This document shows, piece by piece, positions 49,750 to 61,419 of a stretch of DNA of 64,000 nucleotides. Location of the stretch: positions 6,140,001 to 6,204,000 of the forward strand of contig NW_024704743.1 in NCBI RefSeq assembly GCF_018977255.1. Reading direction: 5' to 3'. This DNA is from Callorhinchus milii. Lineage: Eukaryota. Under the pieces are notes generated by a model. The model ran no database searches. It saw only the letters and a program-made list of their open reading frames with translations, and was not told the DNA's origin. How positions within the stretch are numbered: position 1 is the first letter of the stretch; each line of letters begins with the position of its first letter. Both the position numbers and the translations under genes were made by a program.

Positions 49750-50575
49750 TTAAGATGTAGAGAAATGCAAAGTGCTTCACATGGGGACAAAAAACTCCAG
49801 GAAGGGATTATTATTTAAATGTAAGAAAATCTTCTGTACGGAAAATCAAAAGGATCCAGGGATCCTGAGTGATAATAAAATGAAGCTATCCCAACAGTGC
49901 TCGGTAGCAGTGAATAAGGCAGACCAGATGCTCGGCTGTATTAACAGGGCAACATTGAACCAAAATATTGGGGCAATCCTGCCATTTTATCAATCACTGT
50001 TGCGACTGCACTTGGAATACTGTGTGTGGTTCTGGTCACGGCAATATAGGAAGGATATTGCAGTGATTGAGAGGATACAGAGGAGGGCAACCAAAACGAT
50101 TGAGGGGATGGAAGGACTGGACGACGAGGAGCGATTAAGATAACTGGACATGTTCACACCGGCGAAGAGAAGGTCGAGGGGCGATATGGTTACAGTCTTT
50201 AAGATTCTGAAAGGAATAAATAATGTAGACCATGACAAGCTGTTTTATCTTGTGCTGAACAGTAAAACCAGAGAGCCCAGCCTACGACTGAAGGAGAGTA
50301 AATTCAGAACAAATCTGCGGAAACACTGCTTCGGTGAGTGAGCTGTAAACTTATGGAACAGGCTCCCTAGGGAGACAGTGGAAGAAAAAAATGTCATTTG
50401 TTTTAAGAACAAATTGTTTCAAGAACAAATGAGATAGATTTCCACTAGAAAATAATATCTTGGGATACAGTGCATAGTTTACGGTGACGACGTGTCAAGT
50501 GACTGCCAGGATGGTGGACGACAAATTAGATGAAGCTTGCTTGTCTTTCGCCTTGCTAATTCTTATGTTCTTATT
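49750..50575 (+). mobile_element. CR1-clade LINE 3' end
   Basis: VNKADQMLGCI, LEYCVWFWS, IERIQRRATK, RRSRGDMVTVFKIL; tail ttcttatgttctta. Confidence 0.92.
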
Positions 50576-50959
50576 ATGTACTCCAAACAACCTACTGTCA
50601 AATATACGGAGTTGGTTAATCCTATAATAGACTATAGCTTGTCTACCCTATGGTGAATCAACCATAAATCAGCAATGGTCCTCATACATTCTAAAAGACA
50701 GAAATTATAAAACAATCTTTCGATGGGTTGAATACCACTGTTACTAAGATTATTGACCTGAAGTAGGCCATTTTATCACGCCTTAATTATAATCCAGTCA
50801 ATGAGAGTTCAACACTGCAATGTACTGCAATTGTGACTTAATCTTTAAAATAAAAAGAAGCAAGACAAGAGGGCATTAGTGTCATGGTTATGAAGGGAAA
50901 CTTAGTACATGAAGCCTTTATTTTTTACAGAGAATAACTAACAGCTGGAACAGGTTAAC

Positions 50960-51405
50960 AAAAACAACGACAAAATTACATTTAACAAGCACCTTTCACA
51001 TCAGAAGGAGACCTCAAGGCGAGGGACAGTCAGGGGTTTGTACCTGAGATGGGAGCTGGAATCAAGAGTGGCGGAGGGTGGGGGGATGGTGGCCGAAAGC
51101 ACGATCAAAGAGGAAAGTCTTGAGACGAGGATTGAAAAAGGCAGCGGCGAGGGTGAGGCAGAGGTATTCTAGATGGAGTTCCAAAGGGCGTAGACAGAAA
51201 ACCTGAAGGCCCAACCACCAATGGGTTATGGAGCAGGTTTGTGCTGGCCAAGCAGAGGGAATGGACAGGTTGGTGTGGTGTTGATAGGTCGCAGAGATGT
51301 GGAGGAGTTGGTCCATGGAGGGCTTTAAAAGTGAGGACCAGGTTTTTCAAATCGAATCTCTGAGGGATGGGGAGCCGGTAGAGCCGGGAGAGGATGAGAG
51401 TAATC
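50960..51405 (-). mobile_element. L2 3' fragment
   Basis: [34 protein letters not shown]. Confidence 0.8.
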
Positions 51406-52574
51406 AATTCACAGAGCTTGGTAAGGCACTATCTCTCATTGTATGTCAAGTCCAAGAGTGTTGTGGTTAGCGCTCTTGCCTCACAAACAAGAGAACCGGG
51501 TTTGATTCCCGTGCAGGGAGAAACATTAGGCAAGTTTCCTTACTCCACACGCGTCTGTTTACCCAGCAGTAAATAGGAACCCGGGTGTTAGTCGATTGGC
51601 GGATCGGTTTCCGGGAGCAAAAATTCCCACTTTTGCACTGTTGATGTCCAGGTATTGGTGCTGATGACATGTTCATTATGCGCTCATTTCTTGTTTGTGC
51701 TGATCCCATTTTGACCGCATTGTAAAAGCATGTACTTAGGGATTTGCGTGTGAGCATTGGGATACTGCTGGAGTCTAACCAGCTAAAACCACATAGCTAT
51801 CGATATCGCTGTCTGGCAAGCTTTCTCGCTGCTTTTCCAGCTGCTTTTCCAGCGAGGACCATCGTACCCATGAGGGCTTTCACTTGCAGGGTTAACATGA
51901 GCTCAGTGGGATGATTCCCTGCCCTAAGTGATGATCTGCCCTTCCAAGTCCTGCTGATGAACCAGGCTGGTTGTTCTGTCATCAGCTGCATCTGGGAATA
52001 CTACGGACCCGCCTGGCTCAGAAACCGGACCACTGAGACCAACGTAGAGGGCTGGCTCAATTCCAACATGACATTGCCAAATATGCCACCTTGGAGTCAC
52101 TTAACTACCGCCCCCCCCTCCCCCTGCCCCTCCGCCCCACCCACCAATCTCCTGGAGGATAACCAACCTAATCCCATTCTCCTGATTGTTTCCTATATTT
52201 CTTCGTATTCCTCCTCTTCAAGTATCTCTGTCAAAGCAATTTACGAAAGCAGCTTCAACTAAGGTTTTGTAACAGAGAAATCCACATCCCACACACTCTC
52301 TGTGTAACGATTATTTTTCTAAACATCCCTTTAATTTTTTTCTGATTATTTGAAATGTGTGCCTTTCCTTTACTGACTCGATGACTGATGCAAATAAGCT
52401 ATTATTCATTGATTACAGGTTTCTTCTTTGCGCTTATTTCTTCTTTGTGCTGACCAGGCTGGCTGTGCTGTTATCTGCTGTGTCCACCCGCCTGGCTCAG
52501 GATCTGGACTACCGAGACCAACGTAGAGGGCTGGCTCAATTCCCACATTCCGCCTAGCCCGACTTACATGGCAA

Positions 52575-52760
52575 ACAGTAAGTCAATAAAAATGAGTTAT
52601 GCTGCAGAGAAAGAACTTTGCACAAGACACAATGGAAAAGAATATTGGAAAGAAATAGGTGATTGAAAACAGTGGTATGATTTCTTTAAAGTTTCCGTCA
52701 AACAATACCTGACTTGATAGGGAAGTAAAATATGAAACCTGTAATATTTGCAGCATCTTA
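52575..52760 (-). pseudogene. Isolated relic of PTCHD3 exon 2 with intron flanks, copy 1
   Basis: Aligns with about 15124-15335. Acceptor attacag is kept (exon start 52738); translates VSYFTSLSSQVLFDGNFKEIIPLFSITYFFPIFFSIVSC; the GT donor is deleted. Confidence 0.9.
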
Positions 52761-55700
52761 GTAACTCACAGTGATAATAATTCTTGTATTTGATATAGTG
52801 TTGAAATATAGTGTTTTCCTGATTATCTGAAATTTGTGCCGTCCCTTTGCTGACTCGATGACTGATGCAAATAAGGTATTAATCATTGAGCTTATTTCTT
52901 CTTTGTGCTGACCCCATCTTGACCACACTTTTAAATACATGTGCTTTGACAAGGAAATTTGCATTCAATTTCCTTTAATTTATTACCAAAGGCCATCTTA
53001 ATACTGCTCCATTGTTCCACCTCTCACACAAGGCATGAATCATTTAGTGATATCACTTATCCTCATGAATGTATCAAACCAAGTAAGAATAATAATTATG
53101 CGTCAGATCAAATACTAGTTAATGTCACGTACTTATTAATGGAATCAAGTTGGCCCAAAATTTTTCCTAGTGATCTTATATTGAATGCCATTGATATGAA
53201 CTATCGAGTCAGCCTTGCAATGTTGGCAGTACACTTGTCTTTGAGTCAGAGGTTGTGTACTTACCTCCCACATCAGGTCTTGGAACTCATTTAGGCTAAG
53301 ATAATAATAATCCTTGCATTTGATATCGCGCTTTTCACATCTTCTCGACGTCTCAAAGCGCTTCACAGAATAGACAGTAAAGTGAATTGACCGTATATTT
53401 GTGGGCGATGACGCTCCAATGCATTGCTGGGGGGTGTGCTACATTGTTGGAAATGCCATCCTTCAGATCAAATGTTAAACTGAAGCCCCATCTGCCTTTT
53501 CTAGTGGACATTAAAGATTGCATTGCACTACAGTATTTGAAAAGAAAAGGGAGTCTTTCACAATGTCTTGGCCAACAATCCCAAAGTAAAACTGGTCATT
53601 CACTTGTGGCTGTTTGTGGAACAATGTTATATGCAAATTGACCACCATGTTCACCCAAAAAAGCAAACATTCACTACACTTTACAGTATATATCTTGTTT
53701 AGTGCTTTGGGTCGTCTTCCCAATGTGAAAGGCACTGTATGAAATGTAAGTATTATTGTTTTGTTATTATTATTATTACGAAACAAAGCTTTTGCTATGA
53801 CAATGTGCATTTGAGTCCTTAGATGTGCTGTACCCGAAACAATGTTCATGATATCATTCTCACATTGAATTCTTCAAAAAATGCATTTTTAAAATGATTA
53901 TTACTATTGTTCATTGATTACAGATTTCTTCTTTGTTCTTATTTTAGGATAGGCTCAGACACTTATTACCAAAAAGAAGAATTCTTTATTCAAATGTGTC
54001 CCAACCTAAACATGGAAATTCCAGAGATAGATTGTTGGAATGAAATGTGCACTCTCTCCCTGGAGGGACACATTTCGTTTCCAAATTCCGGCAATGATTA
54101 GGCACAAGTTGGAAAGAGCCAATGCTTAGGGACTCGAGTGTGTGCATTGGGATACCAGCTAAGACCACATAGCTTGCCATTGATATCGCTGTCTGGCAAG
54201 CTTTCTTGCTGCTTTTGCAGCTTGGACCATCTTACCCATCAGAGCTTTGGCTTGCAGGGTTAACATGAGCTCAGTGGGATGATTCCCTGCCCTAAGTGAT
54301 GGTCTGCCCTTCCAAGTCCTGCTGATGATCCAGGCTGTTTGTTCTGTGATCAGCTGCATCCGGGAATACTACGGACCCGCCTGGCTCAGAAACCGGACCA
54401 CTGAGGTCAACGTAGAGGGCTGGCTCAATTCCAACATGACATTGCCAAATATTCCACCTTGGAGTCACTTAACTACCATCCCCCCTCCCCCTGCCCCTCC
54501 GCTCCACCCACCAATCTCCTGGAGGATAACCAACCTAATCCCATTCTCCTGATTGTTTCCTATATTTCTTTGTATTCCTCCTCTTCAAGTATCTATGTCA
54601 AAGCAATTTACGAAAGCAGCTTCAACTAAGGTTTTGTAACAGAGAAATCCACATCCCACACACTCTCTGTGTAACAATTATTTTTCTAAACTTCCTTTAA
54701 TTATTTTCCTGATTATCTGAAATTTGTGCCGTCCCTTTGCTGACTCGATGACTGATGCAAATAAGGTATTAATCATTGAGCTTATTTCTTCTTTGTGCTG
54801 ACCCCATCTTGACCACACTTTTAAATACATGTGCTTTGACAAGGAAATTTACATTCAATTTCCTTTAATTTATTACCAAAGGCCATCTTAATACTGCTCC
54901 ATTGTTCCACCTCTCACACAAGGCATGAATCATTTAGTGATATCACTTATCCTCATGAATGTATCAAACCAAGTAAGAATAATAAATATGCGTCAGATCA
55001 AATACTAGTTAATGTCACGTACTTATTAATGGAATCAAGTTGGCCCAAAATTTTTCCTAGTGATCTTATATTGAATGCCATTGATATGAACTATCGAGTC
55101 AGCCTTGCACTGTTGGCAGTACACTTGTCTTTGAGTCAGAGGTTGTGTACTTACCTCCCACATCAGGTCTTGGAACTCATTTAGGCTAAGATAATAATAA
55201 TCCTTGCATTTGATATCGCGCTTTTCACATCTTCTCGACGTCTCAAAGCGCTTCACAGAATAGACAGTAAAAAGTGAATTGACTGTATATTTGTGGGCGA
55301 TGACGCTCCAATGCATTGCTGGGGGGTGTGCTACATTGTTGGAAATGCCATCTTTCAGATCAAATGTTAAACTGAAGCCCCATCTGCCTTTTCAGGTGGA
55401 CATTAAAGATTGCATTGCACTACAGTATTTGAAAAGAAAAGGGAGTCTTTCACAATGTCTTGGCCAACAATCCCAAAGTAAAACTGGTCATTCACTTGTG
55501 GCTGTTTGTGAAACAATGTTATATGCAAATTGACCACCATGTTCACCCAAAAAAGCAAACATTCACTACACTTTACAGTATATATCTTGTTTAGTGCTTT
55601 GGGTCGTATTCCCGATGTGAAAGGCACTGTATGAAATGTAAGTATTATTGTTTTGTTATTATTATTATTACAAAACAAAGTTTTTGCTATGACAATGTGC

Positions 55701-56823
55701 ATTTGAGTCCTTAGATGTGCTGTACCCGAAACAATGTTCATGATATCATTCTCACATTGAATTCTTCAAAAAATGTATTTTTAAAATGATTATTACTATT
55801 GTTCATTGATTACAGATTTCTTCTTTGTTCTTATTTTAGGATAGGCTCAGACACTTATTACCAAAAAGAAGAATTCTTTATTCAAATGTGTCCCAACCTA
55901 AACATGGAAATTCCAGAGATAGATTGTTGGAATGAAATGTGCACTCTCTCCCTGGAGGGACACATTTCGTTTCCAAATTCCGGCAATGATTAGGCACAAG
56001 TTGGAAAGAGCCAATGCTCAGGGACTCGAGTGTGTGCATTGGGATACCAGCTAAGACCACATAGCTTGCCATTGATATCGCTGTCTGGCAAGCTTTCTTG
56101 CTGCTTTTGCAGCTTGGACCATCTTACCCATCAGAGCTTTGGCTTGCAGGGTTAACATGAGCTCAGTGGGATGATTCCCTGCCCTAAGTGATGGTCTGCC
56201 CTTCCAAGTCCTGCTGATGATCCAGGCTGTTTGTTCTGTGATCAGCTGCATCCGGGAATACTACGGACCCGTCTGGCTCAGAAACCACTGAGGTCAACGT
56301 AGAGGGCTGGCTCAATTCCAACATGACATTGCCAAATATTCCACCTTGGAGTCGCTTAAGTGTTGCCCCCCCTCTCCCCGCCCCTCCACCCATCAATCCC
56401 CTGGAGGATAACCAACCTAATCCCATTCTCCTGATTGTTTCCTATATTCCTTCATGTTCCTCCTCTTCAAGTATCTCTTTAAAAATAATTTACAAAAGCA
56501 GCTTTAACTAAGGTTTTGTAACAGAGAAATCCACATCCCACACACTCTCTGTGTAACGATTATTTTTCTAAACATCCCTTTAATTTTTTTCTGATTATTT
56601 GAAATGTGTGCCTTTCCTTTACTGACTCGATGACTGATGCAAATAAGCTATTATTCATTGATTACAGGTTTCTTCTTTGCGCTTATTTCTTCTTTGTGCT
56701 GACCAGGCTGGCTGTGCTGTTATCTGCTGTGTCCTCCCGCCTGGCTCAGGATCTGGACTACCGAGACCAACGTAGAGGGCTGGCTCAATTCCCACATTCC
56801 GCCTAGCCCGACTTACATGGCAA

Positions 56824-57009
56824 ACAGTAAGTCAATAAAAATGAGTTATGCTGCAGAGAAAGAACTTTGCACAAGACACAATGGAAAAGAATATTGGAAA
56901 GAAATAGGTGATTGAAAACAGTGGTATGATTTCTTTAAAGTTTCCGTCAAACAATACCTGACTTGATAGGGAAGTGAAATATGAAACCTGTAATGTTTGC
57001 AGCATCTTA
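56824..57009 (-). pseudogene. Isolated relic of PTCHD3 exon 2, copy 2
   Basis: Nearly identical to copy 1 (offset 4249), exon start 56987, same donor loss. Confidence 0.9.
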
Positions 57010-59260
57010 GTAACTCACAGTGATAATAATCCTTGTATTTGATATAGTGTTGAAATATTTCAAAGAAATGCTTCACAGATTCCTGGCAGAGTGAAACCTT
57101 AGGCAAGTTTCCTTACGTCACACACCTGTTTATCTAACGGGAAGTTGGAACCCAGTTATCAGTCGATTGGCATATCAGTTTCCAGTGTTAATAAACCCTT
57201 AAAAAAATGTACAAATTTGCTTACTGTTGTGGGACACTGCTGTGGACAATTGGCTGCTGGATTTTGCCCACAAAATACACAGTCAATCCACTTTACAATA
57301 TATTCTGTGAAGCGCTTTGAGACGTCTTTGAGAGTGGGAGGTCTCAGTGGGAGAACTCCTTTGGGAGGACAACAACAACAACAACAACAACAAAATTACA
57401 CACCCAGACATTCATTAGGTCTTTATTAGTATAGATAGAAGAAGATTGAAGTGTAATACCCGAGTTTGGTCACTCTGGATTGATATGGACTGAATGATGC
57501 AGTGTTACAGTGTAAAGCCTGATTGTTGCATGTGGTGACTGAAAATTTTTATGCAGTATTGTAATGTCCAGTTTATCTTCAGAATATCTCTCTGTGAAAC
57601 GATTATTTTTTCTAAACTTCCCTTTAATTCTTTTTCTGATTAACTGAAATGTGTGCCTTCTCTTCACTAACCATAAGACCATAAGATGTAGGAGCAGGAG
57701 TAGGCCATTTGGCCCCTCATGCTTGATCTTCTAACCTAATTCCTTTTACGCGCCCTATCCCCATATCTCTTAATCCCTCTATCCTTTAGAAATTTATCAA
57801 CCTCAGTCTTGAATACGTTCAAGGACTGAGGTTCCCGTGTATTTAGGTCAACAGTGAGGCAACATTATGGTACAATTTATGGTGTTGAATAGTTTATAAT
57901 GACATGAAGATAAGCCAACAGGTGGTACCACCAAAGCACTCTCCAGATAATTGATTTGTTTCTGTCCAGGTCCATCCATTTTATTTGAACCTGAGTGTTT
58001 TGTAGTACGAATGTGTCTCTTGGCATATTAGTTTTACGCTAAACCCTTGCATATTGCAGGAACCAAGCAACACTGGTCTTAATTATCAAACATTGTAAAT
58101 ATGACCACTATCTCTCATTGCATGTCAAGTCCAAGAGTGTTGTGGTTAGCACTCTTGCCTCACAAACAAGAGAACCGGGTTTTATTCCCGTGCAGGGAGA
58201 AACATTAGGCAAGTTTCCTTACTCCACACGCGTCTGTTTACCCAGCAGTAAATAGGAACCCGGGTGTTAGTCGATTGGCAGATCGGTTTCCGAGGGCAAA
58301 AATTCCCACTTTTGCACTGTTGATGTCCAGGTATTGGTGCTATGAAATGTTCATTATGCGCTCATTTCTTGTTTGTGCTGAACCCATTTTGACCGCATTG
58401 TAAAAGCATGTACTTAGGGATTCGCGTGTGAGCATTGGGATACTGCTGGAGTCTAACCAGCTAAAACCACATAGCTATTGATATCGCTGTCTGGCAAGCT
58501 TTCTCGCTGCTTTTCCAGCTGCTTTTCCAGCGACGACCATCTTACCCATGAGGGCTTTCACTTGCAGGGTTAACATGAACTCAGTGGGATGATTCCCTGC
58601 CCTAAGTGATGGTCTGCCCTTCCAAGTCCTGCTGATGAACCAGGCTGGTTGTTCTGTCATCAGCTGCATCTGGGAATACTACGGACCCGCCTGGCTCAGA
58701 AACCGGACCACTGAGGTCAACGTAGAGGGCTGGCTCAATTCTAACATTACATTGCCAAATATGCCACCTTGGAGTCACTTAGCTACTGGCCCTCCCTCCC
58801 CCCACCCACCAACCCCATGGAGGATAACCAGCCTAATCCCATTCTCCTGAATCTTTCCGATATTCCTTCATATTCCTCCTCTTCAAGCATCTCTGTCAAA
58901 GCAATTTACGAAAGCAGCTTCAACTAAGGTTTTGTAACAGAGAAATCCACATCCCACACACTCTCTGTGTAACAATTATTTTTCTCAACTTCCCTTTAAT
59001 TCTTTTTCTGATTGTCTGAAGTGTGTGCATTCCCTTTACTGAATCGATGACTAATCAAATAAGCTATTATTCATTGATTGCAGATTTCTTCTTTGCGCTT
59101 ATTTCTTCTTTGTGATGACCCCATCTTGACCGCACTTTTAAATACATGTAATTTGATAAGGAAATTTGCGTTCAGTTTCCTTCAATTTATTTCTCAAAGG
59201 CCATCTTAATGCTGCTCTTTGTTCCACCTCTCACACAATTCATCAACCATTTGGTGATAT

Positions 59261-60929
59261 CTCCTTATCTCCCAGCTCCACTTTCTTGCCCCACATATAA
59301 CCGACATCATCAACCTGTCCCTCTCCTCTGGCTCTGTCCCCATTCCCTTAAAAACTGCCACCATCACGCCCACCCTGAAAAAACCCTCCCTTGATGCGTC
59401 GCAGCTATCAAGCTACCGGCCCATCTCCAACCTCCCCTTTCTCTCCAAGGTCCTGGAAAGAGTTGTCGCCTCCCAACTGCGCTCTTTCCTTTCCACCCAT
59501 TCTCTTTTCGAACCCCTTCAGTCAGGTTTCCGTGCTGCCCATAGCACAGAAACTGCCCTGGTCAAGGTCACCAATGATATCCTGACCATCTGTGACCAGG
59601 GCTCCCTCTGCCTCCTCGTCCTCCTCGACCTATCGGCAGCATTCGATACGGTCGACCACGCTATCCTACTCCACCGCTTGTCCTCCCACCTCAACCTTCA
59701 AGGCACTGTCCTTGAATGGTTTAGGTCGTACCTTTCTCATCGTCTTCACTTTGTCTCGACGAATGGCTTCTCCTCCACCCCCCGTACTGTCTCATGTGGA
59801 GTCCCTCAGGGCTCTGTCCTTGGTCCCCTCCTCTTCACCCTCTATATGCTCCCCCTTGGTGACATCATCCGCAGACATGGAGTTAACTTCCACATGTATG
59901 CGGATGACACCCAACTCTACCTTTCCTCCTCTACTCTCAACTCCACGACCACCGATGTCCTGACAGCCTGCCTGTCCGACATCGAGTCCTGGACGAGAGA
60001 CAACTTTCTTCAGCTCAACGTGCGAAGAACCGAGGCCCTCCTGATTGGTTTGCGTCAGCGCCTCCGCACCTCAGGCGCCGTCACCATCAGCATCCAAGGC
60101 TGCACTCTCCACCTCTCAAAGCCAGTCAGGAACCTCGGCGTTTTGTTCAACCCTGAGCTGTCCTTTCTCCCTCACATCCGCACCACAACTGGCACCGCCT
60201 TCCATCACCTCCGGAACATCGCCAGACTACGGCACTACCTCACCCCTCACGCTGCTGAAACCCTGGTTCACGCCTTTGTCACCTCAAGGCTGGACTATGG
60301 GAACTCTCTCCTCGCCGGCCTTCCCGGCACCTCCCTCCACAAGCTGCAGGTCATTCAGAACTCTGCAGCTCGTGTACTGTCCCGCACCAGGCTTCGGGAC
60401 CACATCACTCCCACCCTCGCTCGCCTCCACTGGCTCCCCATCCCCCAGAGGATTGATTTCAAGATCCTCATCCTCACCTACAAGGCTATTCACGGCCTTG
60501 CTCCCTCCTACCTCTCCAACCTACTATCCCCCTACTTACCTGCCCCTACCCTCCGTTCCTCTGGCTCCGGTCTGCTCCACGTCCCCCGCCCTAATCGCCC
60601 TACCATCGGTGGTCGGGCCTTCAGCCTCTCAGCCCCGAGGCTCTGGAACTCTATCCCCCAGTGCCTTCGCCGCCTCCTCCCTTTCCTCCTTCAAGGCCGG
60701 TCTCAAAACCTTTCTCTTTGACCGAGCCTTCAGCTCCCCTCTCGACTCTCTTCCCCCTTCTCGCTCCCTCCCATCCCACCCCTCACCCTGACCATTTCCC
60801 CCCTCCTCGCTCCCTCCCCTCACCCTGACCATTTCCCCCCTGCTCGGGTCATGACCCAACTGTGCAGCGCCTTGGGACGTCCTCCTGACGTGAAAGGCGC
60901 TTTATAAATGGAATCTTGTTGTTGTTGTT
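59261..60929 (+). mobile_element. Young 5'-truncated L2 LINE with a long open RT frame and (GTT)n tail
   Basis: 347-aa ORF 59678-60721 with [10 protein letters not shown] and YADD; upstream [15 protein letters not shown] and [13 protein letters not shown]. Confidence 0.96.
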
Positions 60930-61419
60930 TTCCTTATGAATGTATCAAACCAAGTAAGAATAATAAATATCCATCAGATATCCACCAGATAATGTCACCT
61001 AATTATTGGTAGAATGCACTTTGCCCCAATCTTTTCCAAGTTAGCTGATATGTTACTGATAAGAATTATTGTGTCAATCTGATACAGTTCGAAGTTCTCT
61101 TTGAAGTCAGGACTTGGAACTCATTTAGTCTAAGCTGAGACTGCAATGCATTGCTGGGGGTGTGGTTCTTTGTTGGAAGTTCTATGCTTCAGATCAGATG
61201 TTAGACTGAGGACCCATCTGCCTGTTCAGATGAAACCATTAGATTCCATTGCACTCCAGTATTCAAAAGAGAAGGGAGTCTTTCTCCGTGTCTTGGCCAA
61301 CAATCCCAAAGTAAAATTGGTGATTCACGTCATGGCTGTTTGTCGGACATTGCTTTATACAAATTGACTCGCATGTTCACCCACAAAAGCACACGTTCAC
61401 AACACTTTACAGTATGTTA

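Larger units (their letters stand above)
51427..61410. repeat. Mosaic tandem segmental duplication
   Basis: About 52815-54700 matches 54705-56590 (offset about 1892); about 52240-52810 matches 56490-57058 (offset 4249); about 51427-52450 matches 58106-59110 (offset about 6679); 59110-59260 plus 60931-61410 is a more diverged copy of about 52900-53680. Duplicate ORFs in the track confirm the offsets. Confidence 0.92.

Noticed and set aside
60045..60791. Pro/Ser-rich and antisense ORFs over L2 elements (many in the track)
   Set aside because: Alternative frames of C-rich L2 sequence, repeated wherever L2 occurs.
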